Shown here: positions 20,026-29,296 of the stretch, in pieces
Layout of the letters: every line of letters begins with the position of its first letter
Position numbering within the stretch: the first letter of the stretch is position 1
Assembly (NCBI GenBank): GCA_045645065.1
Contig: JAZRIB010000009.1
Location: 58,464-122,463, forward strand
DNA length: 64,000 nt
DNA from: Candidatus Enterousia sp.
Lineage (GTDB): Bacteria; Pseudomonadota; Alphaproteobacteria; Rs-D84
Reading direction: 5' to 3'
The notes under the pieces: model-generated
Seen by the model: the letters and a program-made list of their open reading frames with translations, nothing else
Told to the model about the DNA's origin: nothing
The model's database searches: none
Program-made: the position numbers and the translations under genes

Positions 20026-21882
20026 TTAAAATGTGATTTTGCCACGGGTCAAGATATAAAATTCATCAGAACCATATGGATTGTCTACAAATCCTGCCAT
20101 TATGCTTTTATATCCGATGTTATATTCGATTGCTGGGCGTGATGCTAAATCAATCTGGTGATTTGCATATGTTAATGCACCGTTTGCACTGCGACCGGTT
20201 GGAATGCGTAATGTCATATGTCCATCAAGAATCATATCGTTTGTTGCAACAGATGCAGTCCAATCACCAAACGATGCGCCAATTTTGATTGATGTAGTAT
20301 AAATATTAGAAATGTCTGTGACAATTGATTCACCGGTTGGGTTTGGGTTGCTGATACCAAATTCTGTACGTTGGAATATTTTGAAATCGCCAATGTTGTA
20401 TTCGCCATTGTTCGCGATAAATGTGATTTGTGTTTTGTCGTCTGTGCTTAGAAATCCGTCTGCACCGATAAAGTCACTGGTGCGCATACCGAATTCGATG
20501 TTGCCAAATTCTGCAACGTTTTGAACGTCTTGGCGCAGGTTGATAAATCCACGACCTTGGTTTTTTGTGCGGATATTGTTGTTTAACTGTGTTGTAAATG
20601 CACGACCAAAACCGTCAATAAATGCCATTTCTATGTTTTGGTCTTTGATTTGTTTCGCAATTGTGCCAGATACACGAACTGTTTCCAATGGACGTGTTGT
20701 GTTTTCAGAAATTGGAACTAATTCGGCACCCACAGGGCGGGTTGCACGTTCTAAATCCAACATACCATGACCGTATACTTCATCAACACCGGCGACGCCT
20801 AAATCGCGTGCGGTTGTGAACAATAATTCTGTGATTTGTGTTGATTGCATATATGGGAACGCTTCACGAATAACGGCGATTGCTGCGCTGACGACAGGGG
20901 CGGCGAAACTGGTGCCGTTCAAGTTGCTGGAATATCCTGCGTTCAGACCTGTGCCTGGGGCGGTTATGCAATAGTCTTTTGTAATGCCACATGCGTTACT
21001 GAAATCGGCCAACATGCCTGTTTCGTTATCCCATGCAACAACGTTTACAAAATGTCCAACAATATCTTTGGATACTAATGGCATTGCAGACAGTGCGCTG
21101 GATTGTGTGTGACCATTGTTGCCCGCAGCCCATACAAATATAGCATCACGTTCACGTGCAGCGGTTTCGATTGATTTAATAAATGCAGAATCTGTCATTT
21201 TAATCAAATCTTGTCTGGATTTGATTTGGTTTGCATATTTGTTTCGTACAACCCAACTGGCGTTATAAATGTTCGCGTCATTTGCAGAATCAATGATGGT
21301 TGCGATTTGGTTGAATGGTAAAAAGTTAGATTCGCTGTCTATGATTTTATAACTGTTAACATTTGCATCAGGGGCGATTGGGCCAGATGCAATTTGTGTA
21401 ACTTTTTGTCCGTGCCATTCATCGGTGCCTGTGTCCAGAACGGCAATTGTCGAATTTTTGCCGGTATAACCACGGGCCAGTGAATATGCTAAACGGATTT
21501 CGTTGTATTGGTTAAAGTTGTTTGTGTATTCTTTGGTGCTGATGATGTTTGATAATTGTGTATCAGATACGTCGCCACCAACGTGGGTGTACGCGGATAA
21601 TGTCGCCATTTTTGGGGCCGGTTGTGATGGTGTGCTGTCGCTGTTTGATGATGTGCCCATAAATACTAATGTGGCACCAATTGCTGAAATTGCACCACCG
21701 GCAATCATACCGCCAGACATAAAGGAAAAAGTCTTGTCGTTATATGATTTACAGATGTCAGGATTGTTTTTGCGATAAACATCATTGTCGCATTTTGATT
21801 GTGTAATCGTTAATGCGTTCGCAGACCCTGATAACAAGGCACAAGACATCGTAACCGATAAAAATCTGTTCACTTTATGCAT
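20026..21882 (-). CDS. Secreted subtilisin-like S8 protease with beta-rich C-terminal region
   Basis: Signal peptide; triad motifs VLDTG, WHG, GTSFAAP; AAGN; DEVYGHG.LD; terminal Phe. Confidence 0.88.
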   Translation of the reverse strand: MHKVNRFLSVTMSCALLSGSANALTITQSKCDNDVYRKNNPDICKSYNDKTFSFMSGGMIAGGAISAIGATLVFMGTSSNSDSTPSQPAPKMATLSAYTHVGGDVSDTQLSNIISTKEYTNNFNQYNEIRLAYSLARGYTGKNSTIAVLDTGTDEWHGQKVTQIASGPIAPDANVNSYKIIDSESNFLPFNQIATIIDSANDANIYNASWVVRNKYANQIKSRQDLIKMTDSAFIKSIETAARERDAIFVWAAGNNGHTQSSALSAMPLVSKDIVGHFVNVVAWDNETGMLADFSNACGITKDYCITAPGTGLNAGYSSNLNGTSFAAPVVSAAIAVIREAFPYMQSTQITELLFTTARDLGVAGVDEVYGHGMLDLERATRPVGAELVPISENTTRPLETVRVSGTIAKQIKDQNIEMAFIDGFGRAFTTQLNNNIRTKNQGRGFINLRQDVQNVAEFGNIEFGMRTSDFIGADGFLSTDDKTQITFIANNGEYNIGDFKIFQRTEFGISNPNPTGESIVTDISNIYTTSIKIGASFGDWTASVATNDMILDGHMTLRIPTGRSANGALTYANHQIDLASRPAIEYNIGYKSIMAGFVDNPYGSDEFYILTRGKITF

Positions 21883-22029
21883 CTTTTTCAGCCCTCCGTG
21901 AGCACCATGCCCACACCAATATAAATATAGTACAAAATATAGCGTTGTCAATACATAAGGGGGTAAGATAAATTTTATGAATTTTTATAATTTTACTTGA
22001 TTTTTTGTGGTGTTTGGTCTATTATCGGG

Positions 22030-22125
22030 GCACGCACATCCGTGCGAAGAACACAACCGTTGTGCTAAATTTGTGTCCAAGTCATATGATTTGGGTTTCT
22101 GCACACGGCGAGGATAATAACACAA
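22030..22125 (+). promoter_or_regulatory. rpsB 5' leader (t44/S2 autoregulatory-like RNA)
   Basis: Structured ~100-nt leader (CCGTG...CACGG pairing) directly upstream of rpsB-tsf, where such leaders are known. Confidence 0.5.
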
Positions 22126-22139
22126 AAAAGGATAAAAAC

Positions 22140-22991
22140 ATGGCATTGCCAACATTTACAATGAAACAGTTGATGGAAGCGGGTGTTCATTTTGGTCACC
22201 ACACACGTCGCTGGAATCCGTTAATGACACCATATGTATATGGCGTTAAAGATAAAATCCACATCATCAATTTGAACAAGACTGCACCATTGTTGCACCG
22301 TTCTTTGGTCGCATTGGAAGCAATCGCAGCCGCCGGTGGTAAAGTTTTGTTTGTTGCAACCAAGCATCAGGCAAAAGATATTGTCAAAGATGCAGCGGAA
22401 CGTTGTGGTCAGTACTATGTTAACAACCGCTGGTTGGGTGGTATGTTGACAAACTGGACAACGGTTTCTCAGTCTATTCGTCGTTTGAAAAAGATGGAAG
22501 CTGATATCGAAAACGCAGAAAAATTGGGTCTGACCAAGAAAGAAGTTGGTGTTATGACCAAAGAAGTTGAAAAACTGCGCGATATCTTTGGTGGTATTAT
22601 GGATATGCACGGCGTTCCACAGGCGATGGTTGTCATCGATGTTCCACGTGAAATGAATGCTGTTCGTGAAGCGAAAAATCTGGATATCCCAACAATCGCA
22701 ATCTGCGATACAAACGCGAATCCAGAAATGGTTGATTATCCAGTACCGGGTAATGACGATGCTGCACGTGCAACACAATTGTATTGCGACCTGTTCGTGG
22801 ATGCGATTTTGTCTGGTATTGAAAAACGCCTGGGTGGCGCAGCCGGCAAAAAAATCGAATCTGATATGAAAGCAGATGCTGCTGATGAATTAGAAGATGA
22901 AATCAAGGAAAAAGAAGCCAAGATTAAATCTAAAACATCCGAGGCACGCGCCGAACGTCGCGGTAAATTGGCTGAAAAAGCTGATAAATAA
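22140..22991 (+). CDS. rpsB: 30S ribosomal protein S2
   Basis: MEAGVHFGH, RWNP, RWLGGMLTN, PGNDDA. Confidence 0.98.
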   Translation: MALPTFTMKQLMEAGVHFGHHTRRWNPLMTPYVYGVKDKIHIINLNKTAPLLHRSLVALEAIAAAGGKVLFVATKHQAKDIVKDAAERCGQYYVNNRWLGGMLTNWTTVSQSIRRLKKMEADIENAEKLGLTKKEVGVMTKEVEKLRDIFGGIMDMHGVPQAMVVIDVPREMNAVREAKNLDIPTIAICDTNANPEMVDYPVPGNDDAARATQLYCDLFVDAILSGIEKRLGGAAGKKIESDMKADAADELEDEIKEKEAKIKSKTSEARAERRGKLAEKADK

Positions 22992-23075
22992 TATCTGAAA
23001 CGATACACAATCGCCGTGGGGGAACACCCCACGGCAACAAGATTTTTATAATTTTAACATTGGGAGAAAACACAA

Positions 23076-23945
23076 ATGGCAGAAATTACAGCAAAATTGA
23101 TTCAAGAACTGCGTGAAAAAACATCTGCGGGTATGATGGATTGTAAAAAAGCCTTGATGGAAAACGATGGTGATATCCAGGCTGCTGCAGATTGGTTGCG
23201 CCAGAAAGGTATTGTAAAGGCCGCATCCAAAGCAGGGCGTGTCGCAGCATCTGGTTTGGTCACAGTTGTAAAAACAGATGGTATGGGTTGCGTTGTTGAA
23301 TTAAATGCAGAAACAGATTTTGTTGCGAAAAACGAAAAGTTCCAGAAATTGGTTGCAGATGTTGCAAATAAAGCATTGGAATTGGGTGGTGATTTTGATG
23401 CGACATTGAACGCGGTCAAAGATGATATCGCTGCAACAATTGCAACGATTGGTGAAAATATGAACCTGCGTCGTATCGCAACAGTTAAAGGTGACAAAAT
23501 CTTTACATATATCCACAATGCTTTGGTTCCAGGTATGGGTCAGATTGGTGTTGCGGTTGCAATTAATGGTGATGATGCAAAAATTGATGAAATCGGTTCA
23601 AAGATTGCAATGCACGTTGCAGCAAACAAACCAGAATTTATGACAATCGCAGACGTTGATCCGGTTGCGGTTGAACGTGAAAAGAAAGTATTTGTTGAAT
23701 CTGGGGCAACAGCGGGCAAACCAGAAATGGTTGTAGAAAAGATGATTCAAGGTCGTATCAATAAATGGTATGCAGAATCTGTTATGGAAGAACAGCCATT
23801 CGTTATGGACCCATCCAAGACAGTAAAAGAAGTGATTGCAGATGCTAATGGTAAATTGGCGGGCTTTGCTTTCTTTGTGTTGGGTGAAGGTATCGAAAAA
23901 CGCGAAGATAATCTGGCCGATGAAGTGGCTAAGATGTTAAAGTAA
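23076..23945 (+). CDS. tsf: Elongation factor Ts
   Basis: LREKTSAGMMDCKKAL, ETDFVAKN, IGENM, AMHVAA; follows rpsB. Confidence 0.98.
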   Translation: MAEITAKLIQELREKTSAGMMDCKKALMENDGDIQAAADWLRQKGIVKAASKAGRVAASGLVTVVKTDGMGCVVELNAETDFVAKNEKFQKLVADVANKALELGGDFDATLNAVKDDIAATIATIGENMNLRRIATVKGDKIFTYIHNALVPGMGQIGVAVAINGDDAKIDEIGSKIAMHVAANKPEFMTIADVDPVAVEREKKVFVESGATAGKPEMVVEKMIQGRINKWYAESVMEEQPFVMDPSKTVKEVIADANGKLAGFAFFVLGEGIEKREDNLADEVAKMLK

Positions 23946-23947
23946 AA

Positions 23948-24059
23948 AAATCCCCCGTTTGGGGGATTTTTTGATATTTTGATTGATTTTTATAATATAT
24001 TGTTGTACTTGATTTATTATTATAAAAATAAGGTTTTTTATCATGGAAAAATATCGTGT
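23948..24059 (+). repeat. 112-bp direct repeat, copy 1 (terminator, promoter, RBS and first codons)
   Basis: AAATCCCCCGTTTGGGGGATTTT...TATAAT...AAGG...ATGGAAAAATATCGTGT. Differs from 24466-24577 at 2 positions by manual comparison. Confidence 0.95.
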
Positions 24060-24465
24060 AAAAAATGTAAGGTCCCAGGGCGTTGATTTGCACCAGACGC
24101 TGGATTTGAAGGGGATAAACAAGACCGCAATGCCAAAATGGAATGCTGTTTATGTGTATCGTTTAGAACCACGCTTTCAAATTGGGGATATATTCAAGTT
24201 ATACACAGATAACAGTATTGCGCATATTAGCAAGGCTTATTCTTATAAAATTAATGGGAAAACTTTTGTCGATATTCAATTGATTCCTCAGACACGATAT
24301 TCGCTTGAACATTTTTATGATGATATGTCGGCAATAGATGCGTTGCGTATGAAATATGATGTTGCGTGTGCTTTGCGGACGCAGAAGATTCGTCCGACAT
24401 TAAGCGCAGCAAATAATTTGCGTTTGTTGATATCAGAATTGCCATTTTTACAGAAAACGCTGTAG
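24043..24465 (+). CDS. Orphan ~140-aa protein, paralog 1 of 3
   Basis: Shares KYR, DL.xIN, GD, KA.SYK..G...VD, FY.DM, NLRLL with 24561 and 27128. Confidence 0.85.
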   Translation: MEKYRVKNVRSQGVDLHQTLDLKGINKTAMPKWNAVYVYRLEPRFQIGDIFKLYTDNSIAHISKAYSYKINGKTFVDIQLIPQTRYSLEHFYDDMSAIDALRMKYDVACALRTQKIRPTLSAANNLRLLISELPFLQKTL

Positions 24466-24577
24466 AAATCCCCCGTTTGGGGGATTTTTTGATATTTTGA
24501 TTGATTTTTATAATATAGTGTTGTATTTGATTTATTATTATAAAAATAAGGTTTTTTATCATGGAAAAATATCGTGT
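24466..24577 (+). repeat. 112-bp direct repeat, copy 2
   Basis: Near-identical to 23948-24059. Confidence 0.95.
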
Positions 24578-24986
24578 TGAAAATGTTAAACGTAATAATA
24601 CGTTTAGCCAGTCGTTGGATTTGGTTGCTATTAATAAAAAAGCGAGGTTGTCATACAGAAAGTTTAATGTGTACAGGGTTGTGCCATGTTTCAAGGTTGG
24701 TGATAAAATTAAAATATATACAACTAAAGACAATGGGTTCAGTTCGTGCTATAAGGCTTGTTCATATAAATTAAAGGGCCGGATGTTTGTAGATTTTTAT
24801 GCTTTGCCACAAACCTCATCGCAGTTTGAAAATTTTTACAAGGATATGTCTTTGTTTGACGCGTTGCGTTTGGGGATTGATGTTATGCGTGTTTTGCGTG
24901 CACGAAAACAACGTCCAACATTAAATGCGGTAAATAATTTGCGTTTGTTACTGTTTGACCAGCATTATCCAATCAGATCTATGTAA
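24561..24986 (+). CDS. Orphan ~140-aa protein, paralog 2 of 3
   Basis: Aligns end-to-end with 24043 (PQT, FY.DMS..DALR, RPTL.A.NNLRLL). Confidence 0.85.
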   Translation: MEKYRVENVKRNNTFSQSLDLVAINKKARLSYRKFNVYRVVPCFKVGDKIKIYTTKDNGFSSCYKACSYKLKGRMFVDFYALPQTSSQFENFYKDMSLFDALRLGIDVMRVLRARKQRPTLNAVNNLRLLLFDQHYPIRSM

Positions 24987-25136
24987 TAACCTGGGGGTAT
25001 ATGTTTTGTTGGATTTATAGGCATGACAAAGGTATGTTGGCTTGAATTTTTATAAAAACATTTTATATATATTGTAAAATTCGCGAATCGGGTTTTTGTG
25101 TGATATAATCGTAAATATGAACAAAAGGAATTGGTT

Positions 25137-25718
25137 ATGGCATTGATACCAATGGTTATCGAAGAGTCACCACGTGGTGAACGTTCGTTTGATATTTATT
25201 CACGCCTGTTGCGTGATCGTATTATTGTGGTGGGCGGAGAGATTGAGCCCACAATGGCAAACAGTATTGTGGCGCAGTTGCTGTTCTTGGAATCTGAAAA
25301 TCCAAATGCGGAAATTTCAATGTATATTAACAGTCCTGGTGGCGATGTTTCTGCGGGTTGGGCAATTATGGACACTATGCAATATATCAAGGCACCGGTT
25401 TCAACAATTGGTATGGGGCTGGTTGCATCTATGGGTTCTGTCCTGTTGGCGGCGGGCGAAAAGGGTAAACGTTTTGCGTTGCCTAACACAAGTATTATGA
25501 TTCACCAGCCATTGGGGGGCTTCCAGGGGCAGGTGACCGACGTTGAAATTCGCGTTAAAAAAATGCAACGGACAAAACAGACTTTAATCAAACAGATGTC
25601 TGAATTTACAGGTAAAAAAGAAAAAGAACTGTTTGATGCGATGGAACGTGATAATTGGATGTGCCCGAGTGAGGCCAAAGATTTCGGCCTTATCGATGGG
25701 ATTTTAGAGCGTAAATAA
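25137..25718 (+). CDS. clpP: ATP-dependent Clp protease proteolytic subunit
   Basis: [34 protein letters not shown]. Confidence 0.97.
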   Translation: MALIPMVIEESPRGERSFDIYSRLLRDRIIVVGGEIEPTMANSIVAQLLFLESENPNAEISMYINSPGGDVSAGWAIMDTMQYIKAPVSTIGMGLVASMGSVLLAAGEKGKRFALPNTSIMIHQPLGGFQGQVTDVEIRVKKMQRTKQTLIKQMSEFTGKKEKELFDAMERDNWMCPSEAKDFGLIDGILERK

Positions 25719-25732
25719 TTGGGTTTAGTATA

Positions 25733-27004
25733 ATGAGTGACGATAAAACAACATCAACGCCAACACAGGCAGAAAATAATAATCAGTTCTGCAGTTTCTG
25801 TGGCAAGGCTGTGTATGAGGTAAAAAAACTGGTCAGTGGACGCAATGTTTGCATCTGTGACGAGTGTATCAATTTGTGCAACGATATTATGGCCGATGAT
25901 GTTAAAAATGAAATCAGTCGTGATACTGCCAAGTTGCCAACCCCACGTCAGATTTATAATTTTTTGAACGATTATATTATCGGTCAAGAAGAAGCAAAGC
26001 GCACATTGTCTGTGGCGGTGTATAATCACTATAAACGTCACAGTGTGGCAACTGCGTCTAATGTTGAAATTCAAAAGTCAAACGTTTTACTGGTTGGGTC
26101 AACGGGTACTGGTAAAACACTGTTCGCCCAGACGTTGGCTCGTATTTTGGATGTTCCGTTTGCAATTGCGGATGCAACCACATTGACAGAGGCTGGATAT
26201 GTCGGCGATGACGTGGAAAGTGTTCTGACACGTTTGTTGCAAAATGCGAATTTTGATGTTGAACGTGCGTCACGTGGTATTATTTATATCGATGAAATTG
26301 ACAAGATTTCGCGTAAATCTGAAAATCCATCTTTGACCCGCGATGTGTCCGGCGAAGGTGTACAACAGGCATTGCTGAAATTAATCGAAGGTACTGTTGC
26401 TAATGTGCCGGCTGGTGGTGCAGGGCGCAAGCACCCGGGCGAAGCCACGGTACAACTGGATACCAGCAAGATTTTGTTCATATGCGGTGGTGCGTTTGAT
26501 GGATTGAATAAAATTATTGCAAATCGTTCGGCGGCGCGGCGCGGTATTGGATTTGGCGCAAACATAGAATCCAAAGAAGAACGTGAATCAAAAAGTTATA
26601 TCGCGGATGTTCAACCCGAAGATTTGGTGAAGTTCGGTATTATCCCAGAATTGGTTGGGCGGTTGCCTGTAATTACGACGTTGCGTGAATTGGATGAAGA
26701 TGCATTGGTCAAGATTTTAACTGAACCAAAGAATGCAATCGTGAAACAGTTCTGTGCGATGCTGGAAATGGACGATGTTAAATTAACGATAACAGATGAT
26801 GGGTTGCGTGAAATCGCAAAAATGGCGGTTGAACGTAAAACAGGTGCGCGTGGATTGCGTGGAATACTGGAACGTGTTCTGATGCAGCCAATGTTTGATG
26901 CACCGGATAATGAAGACCTGGTCGAGATTGTGATTGACGCAGATGTGGTAAATGGTAAAAAAGCACCTGTGGAAATCCTGGCAGATGCCAAAAAAGCGGC
27001 ATAA
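25733..27004 (+). CDS. clpX: ATP-dependent Clp protease ATP-binding subunit
   Basis: CSFCGK/ICDEC Zn finger, [29 protein letters not shown] loop. Confidence 0.98.
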   Translation: MSDDKTTSTPTQAENNNQFCSFCGKAVYEVKKLVSGRNVCICDECINLCNDIMADDVKNEISRDTAKLPTPRQIYNFLNDYIIGQEEAKRTLSVAVYNHYKRHSVATASNVEIQKSNVLLVGSTGTGKTLFAQTLARILDVPFAIADATTLTEAGYVGDDVESVLTRLLQNANFDVERASRGIIYIDEIDKISRKSENPSLTRDVSGEGVQQALLKLIEGTVANVPAGGAGRKHPGEATVQLDTSKILFICGGAFDGLNKIIANRSAARRGIGFGANIESKEERESKSYIADVQPEDLVKFGIIPELVGRLPVITTLRELDEDALVKILTEPKNAIVKQFCAMLEMDDVKLTITDDGLREIAKMAVERKTGARGLRGILERVLMQPMFDAPDNEDLVEIVIDADVVNGKKAPVEILADAKKAA

Positions 27005-27127
27005 ACCCAAGTGTCGCATTGGCTGTAAATCCCCCCTCCAATTCCTTCCTGGGGGGGATTTTTGTTGATATCTTGAATGTTTTTTTGTATGTTTTGACTG
27101 AAAAAAACAGATAAGGGATATCCAGAG

Positions 27128-27559
27128 TTGCAAAAGTATCGTATCAAAAAAATTATTTCTAATTCGACACAATCGTCTTGTGGGGTTGATTTGTATGGAA
27201 TCAATGGCAAAGCAATGGCGGAATATAAAAATTTCAAATTATTCTGTTCGCCAAATGGTTTGCGGATTGGCGATAAAATTCGAATGTATAATACACGCAG
27301 TTCAGGCTCATTAGAATTAAGAAAAGCAATATCGTATAAAGTTAATGGAAAAATGCGTGTCGATATTGTTGGGGGGCAAATGTCATCGTTGTCAGATATT
27401 AAATATTTTTATTCTGATATGGATTTTGTTGATTCGGTTCGTTTGAAATGTGATGTGGCGCGCGCGTTATTTGAACGTAAAATCGTTCCCCATTTCAGTG
27501 CGGTACGTAATCTTGAGTTGTTGTTGTTTTCTGGAACAGCACCTGTTAAAACGTTATAA
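27128..27559 (+). CDS. Orphan ~140-aa protein, paralog 3 of 3 (TTG start)
   Basis: KYRIK, DLYGIN, IGDKI, KAISYKVNGK..VD, FYSDM, DVARAL, NLELLL, ending KTL like paralog 1. Confidence 0.8.
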   Translation: MQKYRIKKIISNSTQSSCGVDLYGINGKAMAEYKNFKLFCSPNGLRIGDKIRMYNTRSSGSLELRKAISYKVNGKMRVDIVGGQMSSLSDIKYFYSDMDFVDSVRLKCDVARALFERKIVPHFSAVRNLELLLFSGTAPVKTL

Positions 27560-27627
27560 TATGTTTTAATTAGGAATAAATGTTTTTTTTTGATATAATG
27601 TTGGGTATTAAAACAAAAGGATTTAAG

Positions 27628-27939
27628 ATGTCTATGGTTTATTGTCGTGAATGTGGTGCGAAACATTCTGATCGTGCTACGGTTTGTCCAAAATGTGGAT
27701 ACCAGGCGGGTTCTGCAGATAAATCAATGTTGGTGTATATTTTGCTGGCATTTTTCTTAGGAATGTGGGGTGCACATAAATTTTATGCTGGTCGCAATGG
27801 CGAAGGTGTCGCAATGTTGCTGATGGGGACGATTGGTTGGTTGTTAATAATACCTGGGATTGTTGTGACGATATGGGCGTTTGTTGACTTGATTATCGGT
27901 ATTATCAATGTCAATAATCCAAAAAAGATATTAAAATAA
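27628..27939 (+). CDS. Zinc-ribbon plus TM2-domain membrane protein
   Basis: CRECG...CPKCG; LAFFLGMWGAHKFYAG. Confidence 0.88.
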   Translation: MSMVYCRECGAKHSDRATVCPKCGYQAGSADKSMLVYILLAFFLGMWGAHKFYAGRNGEGVAMLLMGTIGWLLIIPGIVVTIWAFVDLIIGIINVNNPKKILK

Positions 27940-27966
27940 AAAAATCCCGCGTTTGCGGGATTTTTT
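27938..27966. terminator. Bidirectional terminator
   Basis: AAAAAATCCCGC-GTTT-GCGGGATTTTTT between convergent genes. Confidence 0.85.
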
Positions 27967-27982
27967 ATTAAAGTACAGAGTT

Positions 27983-28591
27983 TTATTCTGCGTCTGCGGC
28001 TGGTGCTTCGTCGGCAACAACTGCGTCTGCTGATTCTTCTGTTTTTTCTGTTGCAACTTCGGCTGCTGGGGCTTCTTCGACTTCTTCTACCTTTTTGGTG
28101 CCGAATGTCAAAACTTTACCTGCAACCAATGCATCGATTTCGTCCTGAGTCTGAGCGACATAGATTTTAACAGGAACGATAACGTCTGCGTGCAGTGCGA
28201 TTTTTGTATCGAACGCACCAACAGATTTAATTGGCGCACCCAACATAACCTGGGCTGATTCAACAGAAACACCTGCAACTTCTTTTAACATACGTGCGAT
28301 GTCGCGTGTTGATACAGAACCATACAATTGACCTGTGTCACCAGCCTGACGAATCATATGCAGTTTTGCATTCTTAACTGCATCTACGTTTGCTTCGGCT
28401 GATTTTTTGGCCGCTTCTTGGCGGGCGGTCAATTCTGCTTTCTTTGCTTCAAACAATGCAACGTTTTCACGTGTGAAACGCATTGCTTTGCCGTTTGGCA
28501 ACAGATAGTTGCGTGCGAAACCTGTTTTAACTTCGACTGTATCGCCGATGTTACCCAGTTTGTTAATTTTTTCTGTCAAGATAACTTTCAT
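27983..28591 (-). CDS. rplI: 50S ribosomal protein L9
   Basis: MKVILTE...VKTGFARNYLLP, LYGSVS; acidic tail. Confidence 0.98.
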   Translation of the reverse strand: MKVILTEKINKLGNIGDTVEVKTGFARNYLLPNGKAMRFTRENVALFEAKKAELTARQEAAKKSAEANVDAVKNAKLHMIRQAGDTGQLYGSVSTRDIARMLKEVAGVSVESAQVMLGAPIKSVGAFDTKIALHADVIVPVKIYVAQTQDEIDALVAGKVLTFGTKKVEEVEEAPAAEVATEKTEESADAVVADEAPAADAE

Positions 28592-28623
28592 AATCTGTCC
28601 TTATTGTTTTATAAGTTAGAGCA

Positions 28624-28851
28624 TTAGCCCAAATTGTTGCGAACGAACGGCATCAAGCCCAAATGACGTGCGCGTTTGATGGCTGTTGCCAATGCGCGTT
28701 GATCTTTCTGGGAAACACCGCTGATGCGTGATGGCACGATTTTACCACGTTCTGTGATATAATGTGACAATGTTTTGATATCTTTGTAATCGATAACCTT
28801 GCCCTTTAATGGGTTAGATTTTTTACGATAAATTGCTGCACGGACTGCCAT
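28624..28851 (-). CDS. rpsR: 30S ribosomal protein S18
   Basis: [23 protein letters not shown]. Confidence 0.97.
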   Translation of the reverse strand: MAVRAAIYRKKSNPLKGKVIDYKDIKTLSHYITERGKIVPSRISGVSQKDQRALATAIKRARHLGLMPFVRNNLG

Positions 28852-29189
28852 TATTCTGCCTCCTCTGTGTTCTTTTTCATCATAATAGAAGGTGTTGATG
28901 ACAATTCGTCAACACGTACATTCAAGAAACGGATAACGTCTTCGTCAATGCGTGAACGACGTTCCAGTTCTGCGATTTGTGCGCCATCTAATTCGATGTT
29001 CAACAAAACATAGTGTGCTTTGCGATTTTTACGAATAATATAGGCCAAGTTTTTCAAACCCCAGAATTCTGTGGATTTTACATTACCGCCCAATTCCTTG
29101 ATGATATCGGTAAATTTTGCCGCTTTTTCTTTTACCTGCGACTCGGTCAAGTCTTGGCGGAAAACCAAGACGCTTTCGTAGTAAGCCAT
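28851..29189 (-). CDS. rpsF: 30S ribosomal protein S6
   Basis: [25 protein letters not shown]. Confidence 0.97.
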   Translation of the reverse strand: MAYYESVLVFRQDLTESQVKEKAAKFTDIIKELGGNVKSTEFWGLKNLAYIIRKNRKAHYVLLNIELDGAQIAELERRSRIDEDVIRFLNVRVDELSSTPSIMMKKNTEEAE

Positions 29190-29296
29190 TTTTGTTTTTT
29201 CCTATGGTTTATATAGCCAACAGCACCATTGCTATTAGCAGGAACGTGTCCAATTATGAACAATTTTTCACAAAAATCAAGTGTTTTTTATATAAA

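Noticed and set aside
23948-24577. CRISPR array or integron attC sites
   Set aside because: Only two 112-bp copies separated by a whole gene; no cas or integrase gene; no attC-type RYYYAAC/GTTRRRY ends recognised.
22800-28200. Charged C-terminal extensions on S2 and L9
   Set aside because: Such tails are common in alphaproteobacterial ribosomal proteins.
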